Sequence record: JAQMWT010000697.1
Reading direction: 5' to 3' (one strand)
Length of the DNA: 32,000 nucleotides
In this document: in pieces, positions 1 to 12,926 of the stretch
Layout of the letters: the number at the start of each line of letters is the position of its first letter
Position numbering within the stretch: position 1 is the first letter of the stretch
Translations under genes and position numbers: made by a program
The notes under the pieces: generated by a model
What the model saw: only the letters and a program-made list of their open reading frames with translations
Database searches by the model: none
Told to the model about the DNA's origin: nothing

Positions 1-997
1 TTCCCAATAAATTTTGTCGAAAACGACCTTGTTTTCCTGATAAAACATCTGATAAAGATTTCAAAGGCCGGTTATTAAGACCAACAGATTTTTTTTCTCG
101 ACGTCCATTATCAATTAGTGCATCCACAGCTTCTTGAAGCATACGTTTTTCATTACTAATAATTATTTCCGGAGCAAAAATATCAAAAAAACGTTTTAAT
201 CGGCTATTACGGTTTATAATTCGACGATATAATTCGTTTAAATCAGAAGTTGCAAACCTTCCACCTTCTAATTGAACCATCGGTCTTAAATCAGGTGGTA
301 AAACTGGTATTATTGTCAGCAACATCCACGTTAAATTTGAATCTGTTGCAATAAAACTTTCTAAAATACGGATACGTCGTATTAACCTTTTTTTTACATC
401 GGCAGAAGAAGTTGTCAAATAAGACAACCTACATTCTTCCACTGTTTTAGTTAGATCAAAAACCTTTAATAAGTCAAAAAGAAACTCAGCACCTAATCTA
501 GGTTTTTGAGATTTATACGCCACTTTTACTAAATCATGGGCGGGAGTATCAAATTTACTAAAATCTTTCAATTTAAAAGATACAATATCATTTACTTGAC
601 TCCTTTTCAGATCTAAAATGATTGCTATATAACTTGGAAAGCCTCTTACATACCAAATATGTGCAACCCGAGACTCTAGTCTTATATATCCCATTCTATG
701 ACGGCGTACTCGCGCTTCAGTAACTTCAACACCACACCTGTTACAAACAAAAACCTGCTGTCTAACACGCCTATACTTACCACAGTGACACTCCCAACTT
801 TTTACAGGGCCAAATATCCGTTCACAAAACAACCCTCCCATTTCTGGTTTAAAAGTTCGATAGTTAATTGTCTCAGATTTTGTAACTTCTCCAAGAGAAG
901 TATCATCCGAAAAAGTACGTTTAGTCCATTGTTTTATACGCTCGGGAGAAGCTAAACCAATTCTAATATAATCAAAACTTTCATTAATTCTTATCAT
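1..997 (-). CDS. rpoC1: RNA polymerase beta-prime subunit, N-terminal part (gene continues beyond window start)
   Basis: Manual minus-strand translation from ATG at 997 gives [29 protein letters not shown]...[25 protein letters not shown]...CNRCGVEVT...LPPDLRP. This contains the beta-prime zinc-finger and conserved N-terminal motifs. The frame is open to position 1. It lies 31 nt downstream of rpoB on the same strand. Confidence 0.93.
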   Translation of the reverse strand, partial: MIRINESFDYIRIGLASPERIKQWTKRTFSDDTSLGEVTKSETINYRTFKPEMGGLFCERIFGPVKSWECHCGKYRRVRQQVFVCNRCGVEVTEARVRRHRMGYIRLESRVAHIWYVRGFPSYIAIILDLKRSQVNDIVSFKLKDFSKFDTPAHDLVKVAYKSQKPRLGAEFLFDLLKVFDLTKTVEECRLSYLTTSSADVKKRLIRRIRILESFIATDSNLTWMLLTIIPVLPPDLRPMVQLEGGRFATSDLNELYRRIINRNSRLKRFFDIFAPEIIISNEKRMLQEAVDALIDNGRREKKSVGLNNRPLKSLSDVLSGKQGRFRQNLLG

Positions 998-1028
998 ATT
1001 TAATCTAAGTAAATATATAAATATGTAG

Positions 1029-4000
1029 CTATAGAGAGTTGTAGATCTGCAAATTCGGATTATCTATATCTTGATAAATTGGAATGTTGCTTTTTAAATT
1101 TATTTCGTACTCGTGTAATAAATCAACCTCCAACTCATTCTTTTTAATTGATGAAGCTTTATGCATTTTATATAACGAAATATCTAGGCCTAGCGAATGT
1201 AATTCCCGAATTAAGACTTTAAAAGATTCAGGAATTCCTGGTTTAGGGATTGGTAAACCTTTTACAATTGCATTTAAAACTTCATTTCGACCTTCCATAT
1301 CATCAGACTTTAACGTCAATAATTCTTGAAGTGTATAAGCACATCCAAATGCTTGCAATGCCCAGACCTCCATTTCTCCAAATCTTTGCCCTCCCTGCCT
1401 AGATTTACCACCTAAAGGTTGCTGAGTAATTAGTGAATAAGGACCTGTTGCTCGTGCGTGCATTTTATCATCTACTTGGTGGATTAACTTAAGTATGTAA
1501 GTTTGACCAATTAAAACGGGATTATCAAAGAGTAAACCAGTTCGGCCATCTCTTAATTCAACTCGACCTGGCAATCCAGGATTAAATAACCAGGGTTCAT
1601 TCGATTTTTCTGCAGCTTTTAATAAATATAAGTTGACAAGATTTCTTGATGTTTCCTTTCCATACATTTCATCAAAAGGCCGAATTTTAAAACGTTTATC
1701 CAATTTGGAGCCTGCCAAACCTAATAAACACTCAAATATCTGCCCAACATTCATACGTGAAGGCACGCCTAATGGATTTAATAGTATATCGACAGGAACA
1801 CCATTCGGCAAAAACGGCATATCTTGTATCGGTAAAATTCTAGAAACTATTCCTTTATTGCCATGACGACCGGCTATCTTATCACCTATTTGAATTTTTC
1901 TCCGGTGTGCAATGAAAACTCGAACTAATGATATTGCGTCATCTTCGAATTCATAATCAGTGTTACTTCTAAAAACTCGAACATTTATAACTCGACCTGA
2001 GCTTCCTTTTGGTACACGCACCGAATTATCATATACATTTTTGTTCTTTATTCCAAAAATTGCCCGTAGTAAACGACCTTCAGGAAGTTTGTCTTCAACT
2101 TTTGGCGTTACCCGACCGACTAAAATATCACCTGAATTAACAAAAGCTCCAGTACACACAATTCCATTAGCATCCAAATTTTTTATTGAAGAATTCGTGG
2201 TATTAGGTAAATCACGGGTGATTTTTTCTGCACCTGCTAGTGTTTGGCGTATTTCTGCATCAAATTTTTCAATATGGACGGATGTAAGCAGATCTTCCTG
2301 AACTAATCTTTCATTAATTAAAATTGCATCCTCATAATTATACCCTTCCCAAGGCATATATGCTACCAATAAATTTTGACCTAATGCCAACTCTCCTCCA
2401 CTAGTACCTGGTCCATCGGCTATTATTTGACCCGAATTGACACTCTCATAAGGCCAAACAATCGGGCGTTGGTGAATGCAAGTGTCTTGATTAGAGCGAA
2501 CAAATTTTTGTAGTTTATAGGTTACCAGTTCTTGTTTCTTTGTCTCAATTGAAATAATTCGAGAAGAAACATACTTTACCAAACCTTCAAATTTACAGAT
2601 TACCGTTGAACCGGAATCACATGCTAGTTGATGCTCTAATCCAGTACCTACAATCGGTTTGTTGGGATATAGTAATGGAACAGATTGACGTTGCATATTT
2701 GAACCCATCAAAGCCCGATTAGCATCATCATGTTCTAAAAAAGGAATTAAAGCTGTTGCAACTGAAAAATTTTGTAGTGAAGATACAGAAACCAACTTAA
2801 CTTGATTAAATGGAACCAATTTTAATTCATTCTTATAGCGGACGGGAATTAATTGATCTTTATTTAGCAAATTAAAGTTGTTTATTATATTATCTACTGG
2901 AGCAGTAGGAACCGACTCTTCACTATCATTTGTTAAATATAGCGGTACATATTTGTTAGATACAATTCCATCTTTTAACTTAAAAAACGGAGTTTCTAAA
3001 AACCCTGTTTCATTTACACGAGCATAGCAGGCCAATGAAACTAATAATCCAGCATTTTGTCCTTCTGGAGTTTCAATTGGACAAATTCGTCCATATTGAC
3101 TGGAATGTATATCACGCATAGCTAGAGATAAACGATCTCTGTTTAAACCTCCAGGCCCTAAACTACTTATTCGACGTTTATGGGTTAAACCAGATACTGG
3201 ATTAGTTTGATCCATAAATTGTGATAATTGACTTGAACCAAAGAATTCTTTAATAGCTGCAATAACAGGCTTCGGATTAATAAAAGCCCGAATTCCCACA
3301 TTTCCTATATTAGGAACTAAGAAACGTTCTTTTACTGATCTTTCTAATCGGTTTAAGCCAATACCAATTTGAAGTTGCAACAATTCCCCAACTGATCGAA
3401 CACGACGATTTTTTAAATTATCAATGTCGTCTAGTTTTCCCACATTGTCATATAATCGAATTAAATAGCCCGCAATTCCTATAATATCATCCACTGTTAT
3501 ATGCGTAATATAACTAGGAATTGATAATCCGAGTTTCTGATTCAATTTTTTACGTCCAGCTTTCCCTAGATTATAAATTTTCCCATTAAATACTTGAAGA
3601 AAAGTATTCTCCTCATTTTCTAATTTAGAGTATGACAGCACCGTTTTATTTTTCCTCATTAAACCATCAGTTAAATCATGGTTTAAAAAACTACTGTCGG
3701 AAGTATTAAAATTGCTATTAACTGTCAATTTCAACGGAATCGATTCATCTTCTGGAATTTGATGAAATTTTGCATCTGAATAGAAATTTTTAATTTGACA
3801 TAATTCAAGAAATTCATAAAACTCGATTATATTTACTTTACTTTTTCGAATAGTAACAAGTTTTGTATCTGTATCACATTCAAACTTTAACCAAGCCCCT
3901 CTATTTGAGATTAACGTAGCACTATATTCGAACTTTTTTCCCTTTTCCCACTGGTAGTAAATACCAGGACTTCTAATAATTTGATTAATAATAACCCGTT

Positions 4001-4343
4001 CACAGCCATTTATAACAAATGTTCCAGCATCTGTCATTAAGGGGATTTCACCAAAAAATATTAAGGACTCTGTAACGACATTTTTATTTACCAACTCAGT
4101 TGGAATATATAAGCGTATTGCATAACTTAAATCATATTTTTTACATTTAATTGCAGAACAAATAGGTCTACGTAAAATAAATTCATCGCTATAAATTCGC
4201 AAAGTTAATTTATCAACTGATTCTAACGAAGAGGAAAAATTTCTTAATTCATTTGCTAATCCATTTTCTAAGAACCAACAAAAACTGTTAATGTTTGTTT
4301 CCGAAAAATTTGGAATTGTTGTAACAAATACTTTTTTATTCAT
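1029..4343 (-). CDS. rpoB: RNA polymerase beta subunit
   Basis: Long ORF with beta-subunit hallmarks ([44 protein letters not shown]). The ORF-track start at 4367 is a TTG. The first ATG (4343, [13 protein letters not shown]) is the more plausible start. Confidence 0.95.
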   Translation of the reverse strand: MNKKVFVTTIPNFSETNINSFCWFLENGLANELRNFSSSLESVDKLTLRIYSDEFILRRPICSAIKCKKYDLSYAIRLYIPTELVNKNVVTESLIFFGEIPLMTDAGTFVINGCERVIINQIIRSPGIYYQWEKGKKFEYSATLISNRGAWLKFECDTDTKLVTIRKSKVNIIEFYEFLELCQIKNFYSDAKFHQIPEDESIPLKLTVNSNFNTSDSSFLNHDLTDGLMRKNKTVLSYSKLENEENTFLQVFNGKIYNLGKAGRKKLNQKLGLSIPSYITHITVDDIIGIAGYLIRLYDNVGKLDDIDNLKNRRVRSVGELLQLQIGIGLNRLERSVKERFLVPNIGNVGIRAFINPKPVIAAIKEFFGSSQLSQFMDQTNPVSGLTHKRRISSLGPGGLNRDRLSLAMRDIHSSQYGRICPIETPEGQNAGLLVSLACYARVNETGFLETPFFKLKDGIVSNKYVPLYLTNDSEESVPTAPVDNIINNFNLLNKDQLIPVRYKNELKLVPFNQVKLVSVSSLQNFSVATALIPFLEHDDANRALMGSNMQRQSVPLLYPNKPIVGTGLEHQLACDSGSTVICKFEGLVKYVSSRIISIETKKQELVTYKLQKFVRSNQDTCIHQRPIVWPYESVNSGQIIADGPGTSGGELALGQNLLVAYMPWEGYNYEDAILINERLVQEDLLTSVHIEKFDAEIRQTLAGAEKITRDLPNTTNSSIKNLDANGIVCTGAFVNSGDILVGRVTPKVEDKLPEGRLLRAIFGIKNKNVYDNSVRVPKGSSGRVINVRVFRSNTDYEFEDDAISLVRVFIAHRRKIQIGDKIAGRHGNKGIVSRILPIQDMPFLPNGVPVDILLNPLGVPSRMNVGQIFECLLGLAGSKLDKRFKIRPFDEMYGKETSRNLVNLYLLKAAEKSNEPWLFNPGLPGRVELRDGRTGLLFDNPVLIGQTYILKLIHQVDDKMHARATGPYSLITQQPLGGKSRQGGQRFGEMEVWALQAFGCAYTLQELLTLKSDDMEGRNEVLNAIVKGLPIPKPGIPESFKVLIRELHSLGLDISLYKMHKASSIKKNELEVDLLHEYEINLKSNIPIYQDIDNPNLQIYNSL

Positions 4344-4522
4344 AATTAAAAAATAAAAATTAACCAAGCTCTACGTAAAATAGTAATTACCCGAAATAAT
4401 TAAAACATTACTAATCAAATAGTAAATGTTAAGTAATTTCCTATACTATTGTTTTTATTTATTATTTTTAATAAAATTTATTAATTGATTTTACTGTAAG
4501 ATATAATTAAAAATTTTCGAAT

Positions 4523-4717
4523 ATGGCTAAAACGAAGGGTTTACGTATAATTATAACACTTGAGTGTACAAAATGTCGAATAAATACCGAAAAACGTTCT
4601 AATGGTGTAACAAGATATACAACTACAAAAAACCGTAGAAATACACCAAACAGAATTGAAATAAAAAAATTCTGTAAACATTGCAATGCCCATACACTTC
4701 ATAGAGAAATTAAATGA
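4523..4717 (+). CDS. rpl33: 50S ribosomal protein L33
   Basis: 64 aa, [18 protein letters not shown]...[14 protein letters not shown]. Typical L33 Cys pairs and length. Confidence 0.93.
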   Translation: MAKTKGLRIIITLECTKCRINTEKRSNGVTRYTTTKNRRNTPNRIEIKKFCKHCNAHTLHREIK

Positions 4718-4726
4718 TAATAAAAA

Positions 4727-4936
4727 ATGGAAATAAATTTAGACCCGAAAACAGAAACAGAAGTTTTGGAACTTTATAACATAAACAAACTGCTACCGTA
4801 TTTAGATGATCAAAAACGCATATTACCACGACGTATTACCAAACTTTCAATAAAGAATCAACGTCGATTAACAAAAATTGTTAAGAGAGCAAGAATTTTA
4901 GGTCTTTTACCATTTACTGTTCAAGTTAATTATTAA
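4727..4936 (+). CDS. rps18: 30S ribosomal protein S18
   Basis: 69 aa with the S18 core ILPRRITKLSIKNQRRLTKIVKRARILGLLPF. It follows rpl33 by 9 nt, the conserved rpl33-rps18 pairing. Confidence 0.92.
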   Translation: MEINLDPKTETEVLELYNINKLLPYLDDQKRILPRRITKLSIKNQRRLTKIVKRARILGLLPFTVQVNY

Positions 4937-4968
4937 AATAAAATTTATATAAACAAAATTAAATCAAA

Positions 4969-5490
4969 ATGCGCCGCTCTAAAAGAAATGATAATTTTAT
5001 TGATAAAACGTTTACTATAATAGCAGATATTCTCTTAAAAGTTTTTCCTGCCAGTAAACAAGAAAAACAAGCTTTTTCATATTATAGAGACGGAATGTCT
5101 TCACAATCTGAAGGTGATTACGCAGAAGCACTTGAAAATTATTATGAGGCGTTGCAACTTGAAGAAGACCCTTATGATCGAAGCTATATACTTTACAATA
5201 TTGGATTAATATATTCAAATATTGGTGAATATATAAAAGCTCTTGAATATTATCAACAAGCAATTGAGTTAAATTCAAATTTACCTCAAGCGTTAAACAA
5301 TATAGCCGTAATTTACCACTACCAAGGCACACAAGCAACTGAAAAGCGTAATGTTGAAATTGCTCGCGAGTTATTTGATAAAGCAGGTGAATATTGGCGC
5401 CAAGCTATTAGATTAGCACCGAATAATTATATTGAAGCCCAAAATTGGTTGAAAACAACCGGACGAATTGCGCCTGATCTTTTATATTAA
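4969..5490 (+). CDS. ycf3: Photosystem I assembly protein Ycf3 (TPR protein)
   Basis: 173 aa. N-terminus [13 protein letters not shown] and TPR repeats ([55 protein letters not shown]) match Ycf3. Intron-less. Confidence 0.92.
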   Translation: MRRSKRNDNFIDKTFTIIADILLKVFPASKQEKQAFSYYRDGMSSQSEGDYAEALENYYEALQLEEDPYDRSYILYNIGLIYSNIGEYIKALEYYQQAIELNSNLPQALNNIAVIYHYQGTQATEKRNVEIARELFDKAGEYWRQAIRLAPNNYIEAQNWLKTTGRIAPDLLY

Positions 5491-5722
5491 TAAGAATAAA
5501 CATAATTTTGAATTTATAAAATAAAAAAAGAAGAATTGAAAATTCTAAAGTTAATGATTCAATTGTATAAATAATCAGTTAATAAAAATAGCACCTATTA
5601 AAAATTTAACGTATAATAAACCGTATAATTAGTCTAAAGACTTAAAAATCTTACATTTATTTAAGATTTTGTGTAATTATATTACTAGAAACCTTGTTGA
5701 TTTTAAACTATTAATTAATTAA

Positions 5723-7156
<1,434 letters not shown>

Positions 7157-7190
7157 TTAAATATTTATATACATATAATAAGGAGTTAAA

Positions 7191-7610
7191 ATGAGTTTGA
7201 ATGTTCGTGTAATTACTCCTGAAAAAGTTTTTTTAACTAGTGAAACAGACCAGGTTATTTTACCCTCTGTTACCGGTGGAGTTGGGATCTTAACTGGTCA
7301 TGCACCTCTTGTAACTGTTCTAGAAGCTGGTGTTATGCGATATGAAAGTGACGGATCATGGACACCTGCTATTGTCTATGGTGGGTTTGCTGAAATTGAA
7401 AACAACCATGTAACCGTTTTAGTAAATGGGGCTGAGCAAGTGTCACCATCTAGAAGTTTCGAAGAGACAGAACAAGCTTTTATTATGGCAACTGAAAAAT
7501 TAGAAAAACTTAAAGAATCTATCTCTGAAGAGCGAAAATTAAAACCAGCTGTGTTAGAAGTAAAAATTGCAAAAGCACGGCTTGATGCGGTAGAATTATT
7601 AAAAAACTAA
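7191..7610 (+). CDS. atpE: ATP synthase CF1 epsilon subunit
   Basis: 139 aa, MSLNVRVITPEKVF...ILTGHAPL pattern. AGGAG Shine-Dalgarno 6 nt upstream. Directly downstream of atpB. Confidence 0.93.
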   Translation: MSLNVRVITPEKVFLTSETDQVILPSVTGGVGILTGHAPLVTVLEAGVMRYESDGSWTPAIVYGGFAEIENNHVTVLVNGAEQVSPSRSFEETEQAFIMATEKLEKLKESISEERKLKPAVLEVKIAKARLDAVELLKN

Positions 7611-7634
7611 TAAAACAAAAGAAAGGAAATAGCA

Positions 7635-8411
7635 ATGGATTTAATTATAAAAAATAATGACTTTAAGTTTAGTATAGAGAAACAACTAGACTTAGAAAAA
7701 CAAACACTTGATTTACCTATTTCTGAACATCTGGCAGAATTACGTCAACGTGTGTTTCAATTTTTAGCATTTGCAATATTAGCGATTATTGTATTTTTCC
7801 TAAAAATAACCCCCATTGTAGAATTATTAGAAGCTCCTGTAAAAGAAATAAAGTTTATACAATTGTCCCCTGGTGAATATTTTATCTCAACGGTTAAAAT
7901 TGCATTGTATGGTGGTCTGTTAGTTAGTATGCCCTTTCTTATAAGCCAGGTAATTTTTTATATAGTGCCTGCCTTGACAGAATACGAACAAAAAATTGTA
8001 GTTCCAATTTTGACTGGGTCTACTATACTATTTAATATAGGGCTCGTATTCGCCTACTATGTATTAATACCGGCTGCTTTAAGTTTTTTTATAGGATATA
8101 GTAAAGATGTTATAGAACCGTTTTGGTCCTTTGAAGAATACTTTGATTTTATTGTTTTCTTATTTTATAGTACCGGTTTCTCATTCCAAGTCCCTGTTAT
8201 ACAAATAATTCTGGGTTTAATCGGAATAATGAACGGTAAAGCTATGTTAAATTATTGGCGGTATGTCATATTAGGCGCTACAATTATTAGCGCAGTGCTA
8301 ACACCATCAACTGATCCAATTACGCAACTAATTTTAACCTTTGCTATATTATTCTTATATTTTACTGGAGCTTTCATTTTAATTTTTTTAGAGAAGTATG
8401 CAATTAAATAA
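7635..8411 (+). CDS. tatC: Sec-independent (Tat) protein translocase subunit TatC (ycf43)
   Basis: 258 aa polytopic membrane protein with the TatC N-terminal motif SEHLAELRQR and roughly six hydrophobic segments. Confidence 0.88.
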   Translation: MDLIIKNNDFKFSIEKQLDLEKQTLDLPISEHLAELRQRVFQFLAFAILAIIVFFLKITPIVELLEAPVKEIKFIQLSPGEYFISTVKIALYGGLLVSMPFLISQVIFYIVPALTEYEQKIVVPILTGSTILFNIGLVFAYYVLIPAALSFFIGYSKDVIEPFWSFEEYFDFIVFLFYSTGFSFQVPVIQIILGLIGIMNGKAMLNYWRYVILGATIISAVLTPSTDPITQLILTFAILFLYFTGAFILIFLEKYAIK

Positions 8412-8559
8412 ACTTACTTCTCTAATTTTTTTTAATAGGATAATACAGAACAGAACTATTATATATTTAATAGAGTTGTAATTTATAAGTTGTATTCTAA
8501 ATTTTAGAAGATCATCGGGTAAAATTTATTTTTTTGAATAAATAGCTTCATAGAGTAAA

Positions 8560-8588
8560 TTGACATAAACTATTTTCTTTTGTATAAT
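8560..8588 (+). promoter_or_regulatory. Consensus sigma70-type promoter of trnY (TTGACA-17 nt-TATAAT)
   Basis: TTGACA at 8560-8565 and TATAAT at 8583-8588, with an exact 17-nt spacer. The -10 box ends 11 nt before the mature tRNA 5' end. Confidence 0.7.
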
Positions 8589-8599
8589 TCATATCATGA

Positions 8600-8681
8600 G
8601 GGTCGGTGCCCGAGGGGTTAAAGGGGGCGGATTGTAAATCCGCTGGCATTGCCTACGTTGGTTCAAATCCAACTCGGCCCA
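8600..8681 (+). tRNA. trnY: tRNA-Tyr (GUA)
   Basis: Cloverleaf folded by hand. Acceptor GGGTCGG/TCGGCCC, anticodon arm GCGGA-TTGTAAA-TCCGC, long variable arm, T arm GTTGG-TTCAAAT-CCAAC. 82 nt, no encoded CCA. Confidence 0.93.
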
Positions 8682-8683
8682 AT

Positions 8684-10423
8684 TTAAGTAATTTTTTTCA
8701 CAGTTTTATTTTTCATAATACCAAGCATTTGAGAATTGCTTTTTCCTGGAGCTACCATTGGATAGCAGTTTTCGTCTCTTGTTATCTGGCAATCAAGTAA
8801 ATAAGGTCCAGATGAAAAAATTACTTCGGACAACTCTTGTTTTAAGTTATGATTTTCTGTAATAATCTTTCCCTTTATACCATATGCCGCTGCAATCTTA
8901 ACAAAATCCGGCATTCCAAAATTCATATTTGAATGTGAATACCGTTCTCCATAAAAAGACTGTTGCCATTGGCGAACCATCCCTTGCCATTTATTATTTA
9001 ACAGTATAATTTTAATTGGTAACTGATACTGCGAAATTGTCCCTAGTTCTTGAATATTCATTTGAATACTTGCATCGCCTGTTATACAAATTACTGTTTG
9101 GTTAGGAAAGGCTAACTGATTTCCGATAGCAGCAGGTATACCATATCCCATAGTACCTAAGCCCGCACTTGATGACCATTTTCTAATTTTACATTTAAGA
9201 AATTGCGCTGCCCACATTTGATGTTGGCCTACATCAGTCGTAAAAAATGCGTCCGGTTTAATTTGGTTTAAGCAATCAAGTATTTTTTGTGGCGCTAATT
9301 TTGTTTCTTTAGACGGAACTATTAATGGATAAGTTTCTCTCCATTTTATAATTCTTTGTCTCCAGTTAACAGTCTGGTCATATTTAATTGTTGTAGGTAT
9401 TTTCTTTGTTGTTTTTACTAATTCATACAAAATTTTTTTTATATCACCAACTAGAGAAAGGGTAGATATACGATTTTTACCAACTTCTGCTGGATCTATA
9501 TCAATATGAATAACTTGTGCATTAACTGCGAATTCCTCAAGCTTTCCAGTTACTCGATCATCAAATCTGGCACCAACAGCAATTAACAAATCACATTCAC
9601 TCACAGAAAAATTAGCGTAAGCAGTTCCGTGCATACCTAACATACCTAACCCTAATTCATGGTTTTCATCAAAAGCACCCTTGCCCATAAGGGTTGTTGT
9701 AACAGGAATTTTAAAATAGGATGCTAGTTCATACAACTCACTACCCGCATTGGCGGAAATAACTCCACCACCTACATATAACAGTGGTTGAGAGGATTGC
9801 TTTATTAGGGCTATTGCCTGATAAAAACGTTTTTTCGCACTCTTGTAAAAAAAACGAAATCCCTTTAACTTTAAAATATGGTTTTGGTTTATAGGTGTAT
9901 AATTCGTAAATTCTTCAAGTCCTACATCCTTTGGGATGTCAATTAGAACTGGTCCTGGCCTTCCATTTCGAGATATATAAAAAGCTTCGCTAACAATATT
10001 AGCAATATTATTAGCATCTCTAACAACATACGAATGCTTAACAATTGGTAACGTAATACCAAAAATATCTGTTTCTTGAAAAGCATCTGTCCCAATAAAT
10101 GCTCGACTAACTTGTCCTGTAATGACAACAATAGGTATTGAATCCATCTGGGCTGTTGCAATACCAGTAACTAAATTAGTTGCACCTGGCCCAGAAGTTG
10201 CAAAACATACCCCAACCTTTCCAGTTACACGAGCAAATCCATCTGCAGCATGTACAGCGCCTTGCTCATGCCGTACCAAAATATGTTTTATTAATTTTTT
10301 CTCTTCCCATTTATATAGTTCATCATAAATCGGTAATATAGCACCACCAGGGTATCCAAAAATATAGTCGGTACCATTACGAACTAAGCTATCTAATAAA
10401 GAGAAGGAACCCCTTTTTTTCAT
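8684..10423 (-). CDS. ilvB: Acetolactate synthase (acetohydroxyacid synthase) large subunit
   Basis: 579 aa. Thiamine-diphosphate enzyme pattern ([44 protein letters not shown]). Confidence 0.93.
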   Translation of the reverse strand: MKKRGSFSLLDSLVRNGTDYIFGYPGGAILPIYDELYKWEEKKLIKHILVRHEQGAVHAADGFARVTGKVGVCFATSGPGATNLVTGIATAQMDSIPIVVITGQVSRAFIGTDAFQETDIFGITLPIVKHSYVVRDANNIANIVSEAFYISRNGRPGPVLIDIPKDVGLEEFTNYTPINQNHILKLKGFRFFYKSAKKRFYQAIALIKQSSQPLLYVGGGVISANAGSELYELASYFKIPVTTTLMGKGAFDENHELGLGMLGMHGTAYANFSVSECDLLIAVGARFDDRVTGKLEEFAVNAQVIHIDIDPAEVGKNRISTLSLVGDIKKILYELVKTTKKIPTTIKYDQTVNWRQRIIKWRETYPLIVPSKETKLAPQKILDCLNQIKPDAFFTTDVGQHQMWAAQFLKCKIRKWSSSAGLGTMGYGIPAAIGNQLAFPNQTVICITGDASIQMNIQELGTISQYQLPIKIILLNNKWQGMVRQWQQSFYGERYSHSNMNFGMPDFVKIAAAYGIKGKIITENHNLKQELSEVIFSSGPYLLDCQITRDENCYPMVAPGKSNSQMLGIMKNKTVKKIT

Positions 10424-10439
10424 TGTTTTAATCTTATTT

Positions 10440-10634
10440 TTATAAATCTAACATATTTTTAAGAATAATTCCTATACTAACTAAAATTATTATAAATCCT
10501 AATAAAAAAAATAGCCTCCCTTGGTTAGTTCTCAATAAACTTTTTATAGGTGAAACCAGAATTAACGTTAAACCAAACATTGCACTGATAAAAAATCGTG
10601 GGTATCGTGAAATATTTTCCCAAAAATTAAACAT
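10440..10634 (-). CDS. ycf33: Conserved plastid/cyanobacterial membrane protein Ycf33
   Basis: 64 aa. N-terminal [18 protein letters not shown] matches the Ycf33 signature as I recall it. Two hydrophobic segments. Confidence 0.75.
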   Translation of the reverse strand: MFNFWENISRYPRFFISAMFGLTLILVSPIKSLLRTNQGRLFFLLGFIIILVSIGIILKNMLDL

Positions 10635-10895
10635 CTTAGTTTATATATATATGTTTATAGTTTTCGTATAATATTTACATTTTACACAAATTTCTGAATA
10701 TATTTAATAGTAGCTTTAAGTTCTATTTTAAATTAAAAAAATTAACTAATATACATCATCAGTTATTTATTAAAAATGTATTAATTTTGATAATTATTAA
10801 CCAATATTTTAGTAATGACGGTTACATTTTTATAAAAAATAAAATAAGAGAAAAATAAAATAAATTACTATATAGATATAATCTAAAAAACAAGT

Positions 10896-10943
10896 AAACC
10901 CCCTTTTAATATTTTCAATGTTAAGAATATTAAAAAGAGGTTT
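10896..10943 (-). terminator. 3' stem-loop downstream of psbV (18-bp stem, 12-nt loop)
   Basis: Arms 10896-10913 and 10926-10943. The two C.A mismatches on the plus strand become G.U wobbles in the minus-strand RNA, so the structure is better on the psbV sense strand. Confidence 0.5.
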
Positions 10944-11115
10944 GATTCTTTGTCTTAATCGGCCGTTAACCCAAGTTATAATTCTGTATAGTCATACTCT
11001 ATAAATTTATATATAAACAAAATAAATTACTGTCAAAAATATTTACCCAAATTAAAGAGACATAATTTTTACAAAACTCTAATATAAACTTATAGTAAAT
11101 GTCATAAATTAAAAA

Positions 11116-11613
11116 TTAATAGTAGATCTTACCTCCTCCCCATTTTTCAGCAACAACTTTCGGCTGTAATAAAATATGGCCAGCTATTGCATATAAATCA
11201 TCTTCTGTTAATGAACGCATTTTAGGGAAAATATCGGCACTCAATATACTTGGATGTATTTCTGCGATAGATTCTAATCCATCGTATGTTGTTGGATTTT
11301 TCATATAATCTACTAAACTTGTTATAGTATCACGCGGTGGTGTTGCATTTGACAACGCTTCTGCATCTAATCCAACGTTGGGATTTGTTTTAGTAATACC
11401 ACCCGTATGGCATGTACTACATGAAGAATTAAATAAACGCTTACCACGTTTTACTTGCTCTGGAGTTAGAACTACAGTTTTTCCATTTCCATCAAGAGTA
11501 ATTGTCCGGGATGCTTCGTCTAATTCAATCGCCTCGACTACTATTGGTGCTAAAAGTAAAACAGCTGTGAAAATCACAGAGACCATTTTATTTATTTTCT
11601 TTTCAAATAACAT
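11116..11613 (-). CDS. psbV: Photosystem II cytochrome c-550 (PsbV)
   Basis: 165 aa. N-terminal signal peptide ending VEA/IELD, heme-binding CSTCH, C-terminal GGGKIYY. Confidence 0.93.
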   Translation of the reverse strand: MLFEKKINKMVSVIFTAVLLLAPIVVEAIELDEASRTITLDGNGKTVVLTPEQVKRGKRLFNSSCSTCHTGGITKTNPNVGLDAEALSNATPPRDTITSLVDYMKNPTTYDGLESIAEIHPSILSADIFPKMRSLTEDDLYAIAGHILLQPKVVAEKWGGGKIYY

Positions 11614-11665
11614 AATTTACTATTATCAAATTTTTATAGGGGAGAATCCAAGAATTAAAAATTAA

Positions 11666-11782
11666 CTACTCACGAAGAATTCTATCATTCGTACTAACAA
11701 TAGCTAAGGCAATAAAAATTGCAGCTAAAACAGCCGCTCCTGCGAACAAACTGAAAATAAAGCTTGATAATGATGGTGTCAT
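11666..11782 (-). CDS. psbX: Photosystem II protein X
   Basis: Manual translation gives MTPSLSSFIFSLFAGAAVLAAIFIALAIVSTNDRILRE (38 aa). It fits the PsbX pattern MTPSL..F..SL...(TM)..VS..DR..R. Below the ORF-track cutoff. Confidence 0.82.
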   Translation of the reverse strand: MTPSLSSFIFSLFAGAAVLAAIFIALAIVSTNDRILRE

Positions 11783-11804
11783 TTTGTAATTATTCCTGTT
11801 ATTT

Positions 11805-12263
11805 TTAATACATCGCCCCACTCGAATCAAGGATTACAAGTGCCGTAAGAAGTGCATCAAGTCTATCTAATACATAAAAACCAACGTACAGCCCTGCATC
11901 TACTCCAAAGAAATTTGGGAGAGTTCCTAGAAAAAAATAAACGTAGGGTGTAGTAATACTATAAAATGCTTCAATCCATCCGCCATCATATGGATTTATA
12001 CTACCAGAAAACTGAATAGCGTACCGAACTGCAAGTAAAACGGTATATATTCGAACAACATCAACTAAAACATACCGTATAAAACTTATAATGCCGGCAA
12101 TTGCTGGATCTGTAAATTCAAGAATACCGGAAGAATTGATAACCCTGATGAAGGCTCCATCTCTTGTTACATATTCAACAACGGATTCTTTCATCAAATC
12201 CACATAAATTTCGGTTGCTTCAGTTGCGTTATTCGCAAGGTTATTTACTATTGATTCAAACAT
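11805..12263 (-). CDS. YggT-family (Ycf19-like) membrane protein with acidic N-terminal extension
   Basis: 152 aa. The C-terminal two thirds fit the YggT pattern (INPYDGGWIEAFYSITTPYVYFFLGTLPNFFGVDAGLYVGFYVL). The exact ycf number was not recognised. Confidence 0.5.
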   Translation of the reverse strand: MFESIVNNLANNATEATEIYVDLMKESVVEYVTRDGAFIRVINSSGILEFTDPAIAGIISFIRYVLVDVVRIYTVLLAVRYAIQFSGSINPYDGGWIEAFYSITTPYVYFFLGTLPNFFGVDAGLYVGFYVLDRLDALLTALVILDSSGAMY

Positions 12264-12611
12264 ATTATTTAATAGGTTTAACTTTTATTAAAATTAGCCG
12301 ATTAATATCCGTCATTAGATTATTATACGTGCCTTTTTTACGGCAATTAAATTTATTAATTTTTAACTTATATATTATTTGATTATAATTTAGCAAATTC
12401 ATGATGAACATTGGACCCATAATCTTTTTAATAAAAGGAAAACAAAAACAATTTAGTCTATAAAACTAAATACAAAAATTTGTATACTGAAGATTTCCAT
12501 ACTATTCTCAATATAACTAATAACTAAAAATTAATAGTAGCTTCTTTGAAACTTATTATACTTTAAAAAAATGATTTTGCCAAACATATAAATTTATTTC
12601 TAACAAATAAA

Positions 12612-12704
12612 CTAAACTAGTTTAATTCCTCTCAGTATTAAAAATAATCCAGACGATAACGCAAATGCGAATCCTAACAACAGTATGTAATCAAATAGTA
12701 TCAT
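12612..12704 (-). CDS. petL: Cytochrome b6f complex subunit PetL (probable)
   Basis: Manual translation gives MILFDYILLLGFAFALSSGLFLILRGIKLV (30 aa). Single TM helix with a basic C-terminal end resembling the PetL endings as I recall them (-K-I-x-L-I). Other small one-helix subunits are not fully excluded. Confidence 0.6.
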   Translation of the reverse strand: MILFDYILLLGFAFALSSGLFLILRGIKLV

Positions 12705-12926
12705 AATTATTTCAATTTAGAATAATAAGAAAACGAATAAAGTTGAATTACTTTATTCTTCAACGAAAAATATAAAGATTTATAAAAATGAACATCTATC
12801 TATAGTTTAAAAATCATCTTTTAACATAATTTATAAAATATTATTAGATATCTTATATCAATTTTATTCTACAATAATATGTTATAATAGAATTATAAAT
12901 TTATAAATTAAAGTATTATAAAAACT

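Noticed and set aside
4344-4367. N-terminal 8-codon extension of rpoB in the ORF track (MVNFYFLI...)
   Set aside because: The codon at 4367 is TTG, not ATG. The first ATG (4343) gives MNKKVF..., and the extension has no conserved sequence.
8606-8800. 64-aa plus-strand ORF
   Set aside because: It starts inside trnY and continues antisense to the ilvB 3' end. No protein-like features.
10635-11115. Small ORFs in spacers (e.g. the 28-aa MLRILKRGLILCLNRPLTQVIILYSHTL starting at about 10918, and the 20-aa MMNIGPIIFLIKGKQKQFSL at about 12391)
   Set aside because: They have no SD and no resemblance to known small photosystem or b6f subunits. The first starts inside the loop of the psbV 3' hairpin.
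12526-12540. 15-mer AAAAATTAATAGTAG shared with the psbV stop region (11111-11125), suggesting a duplicated gene end
   Set aside because: The frame upstream of the 12531 TAA yields only an 18-aa ORF (MFGKIIFLKYNKFQRSYY) with no similarity to PsbV beyond the two terminal Tyr codons. It is most likely a chance match in AT-rich sequence.
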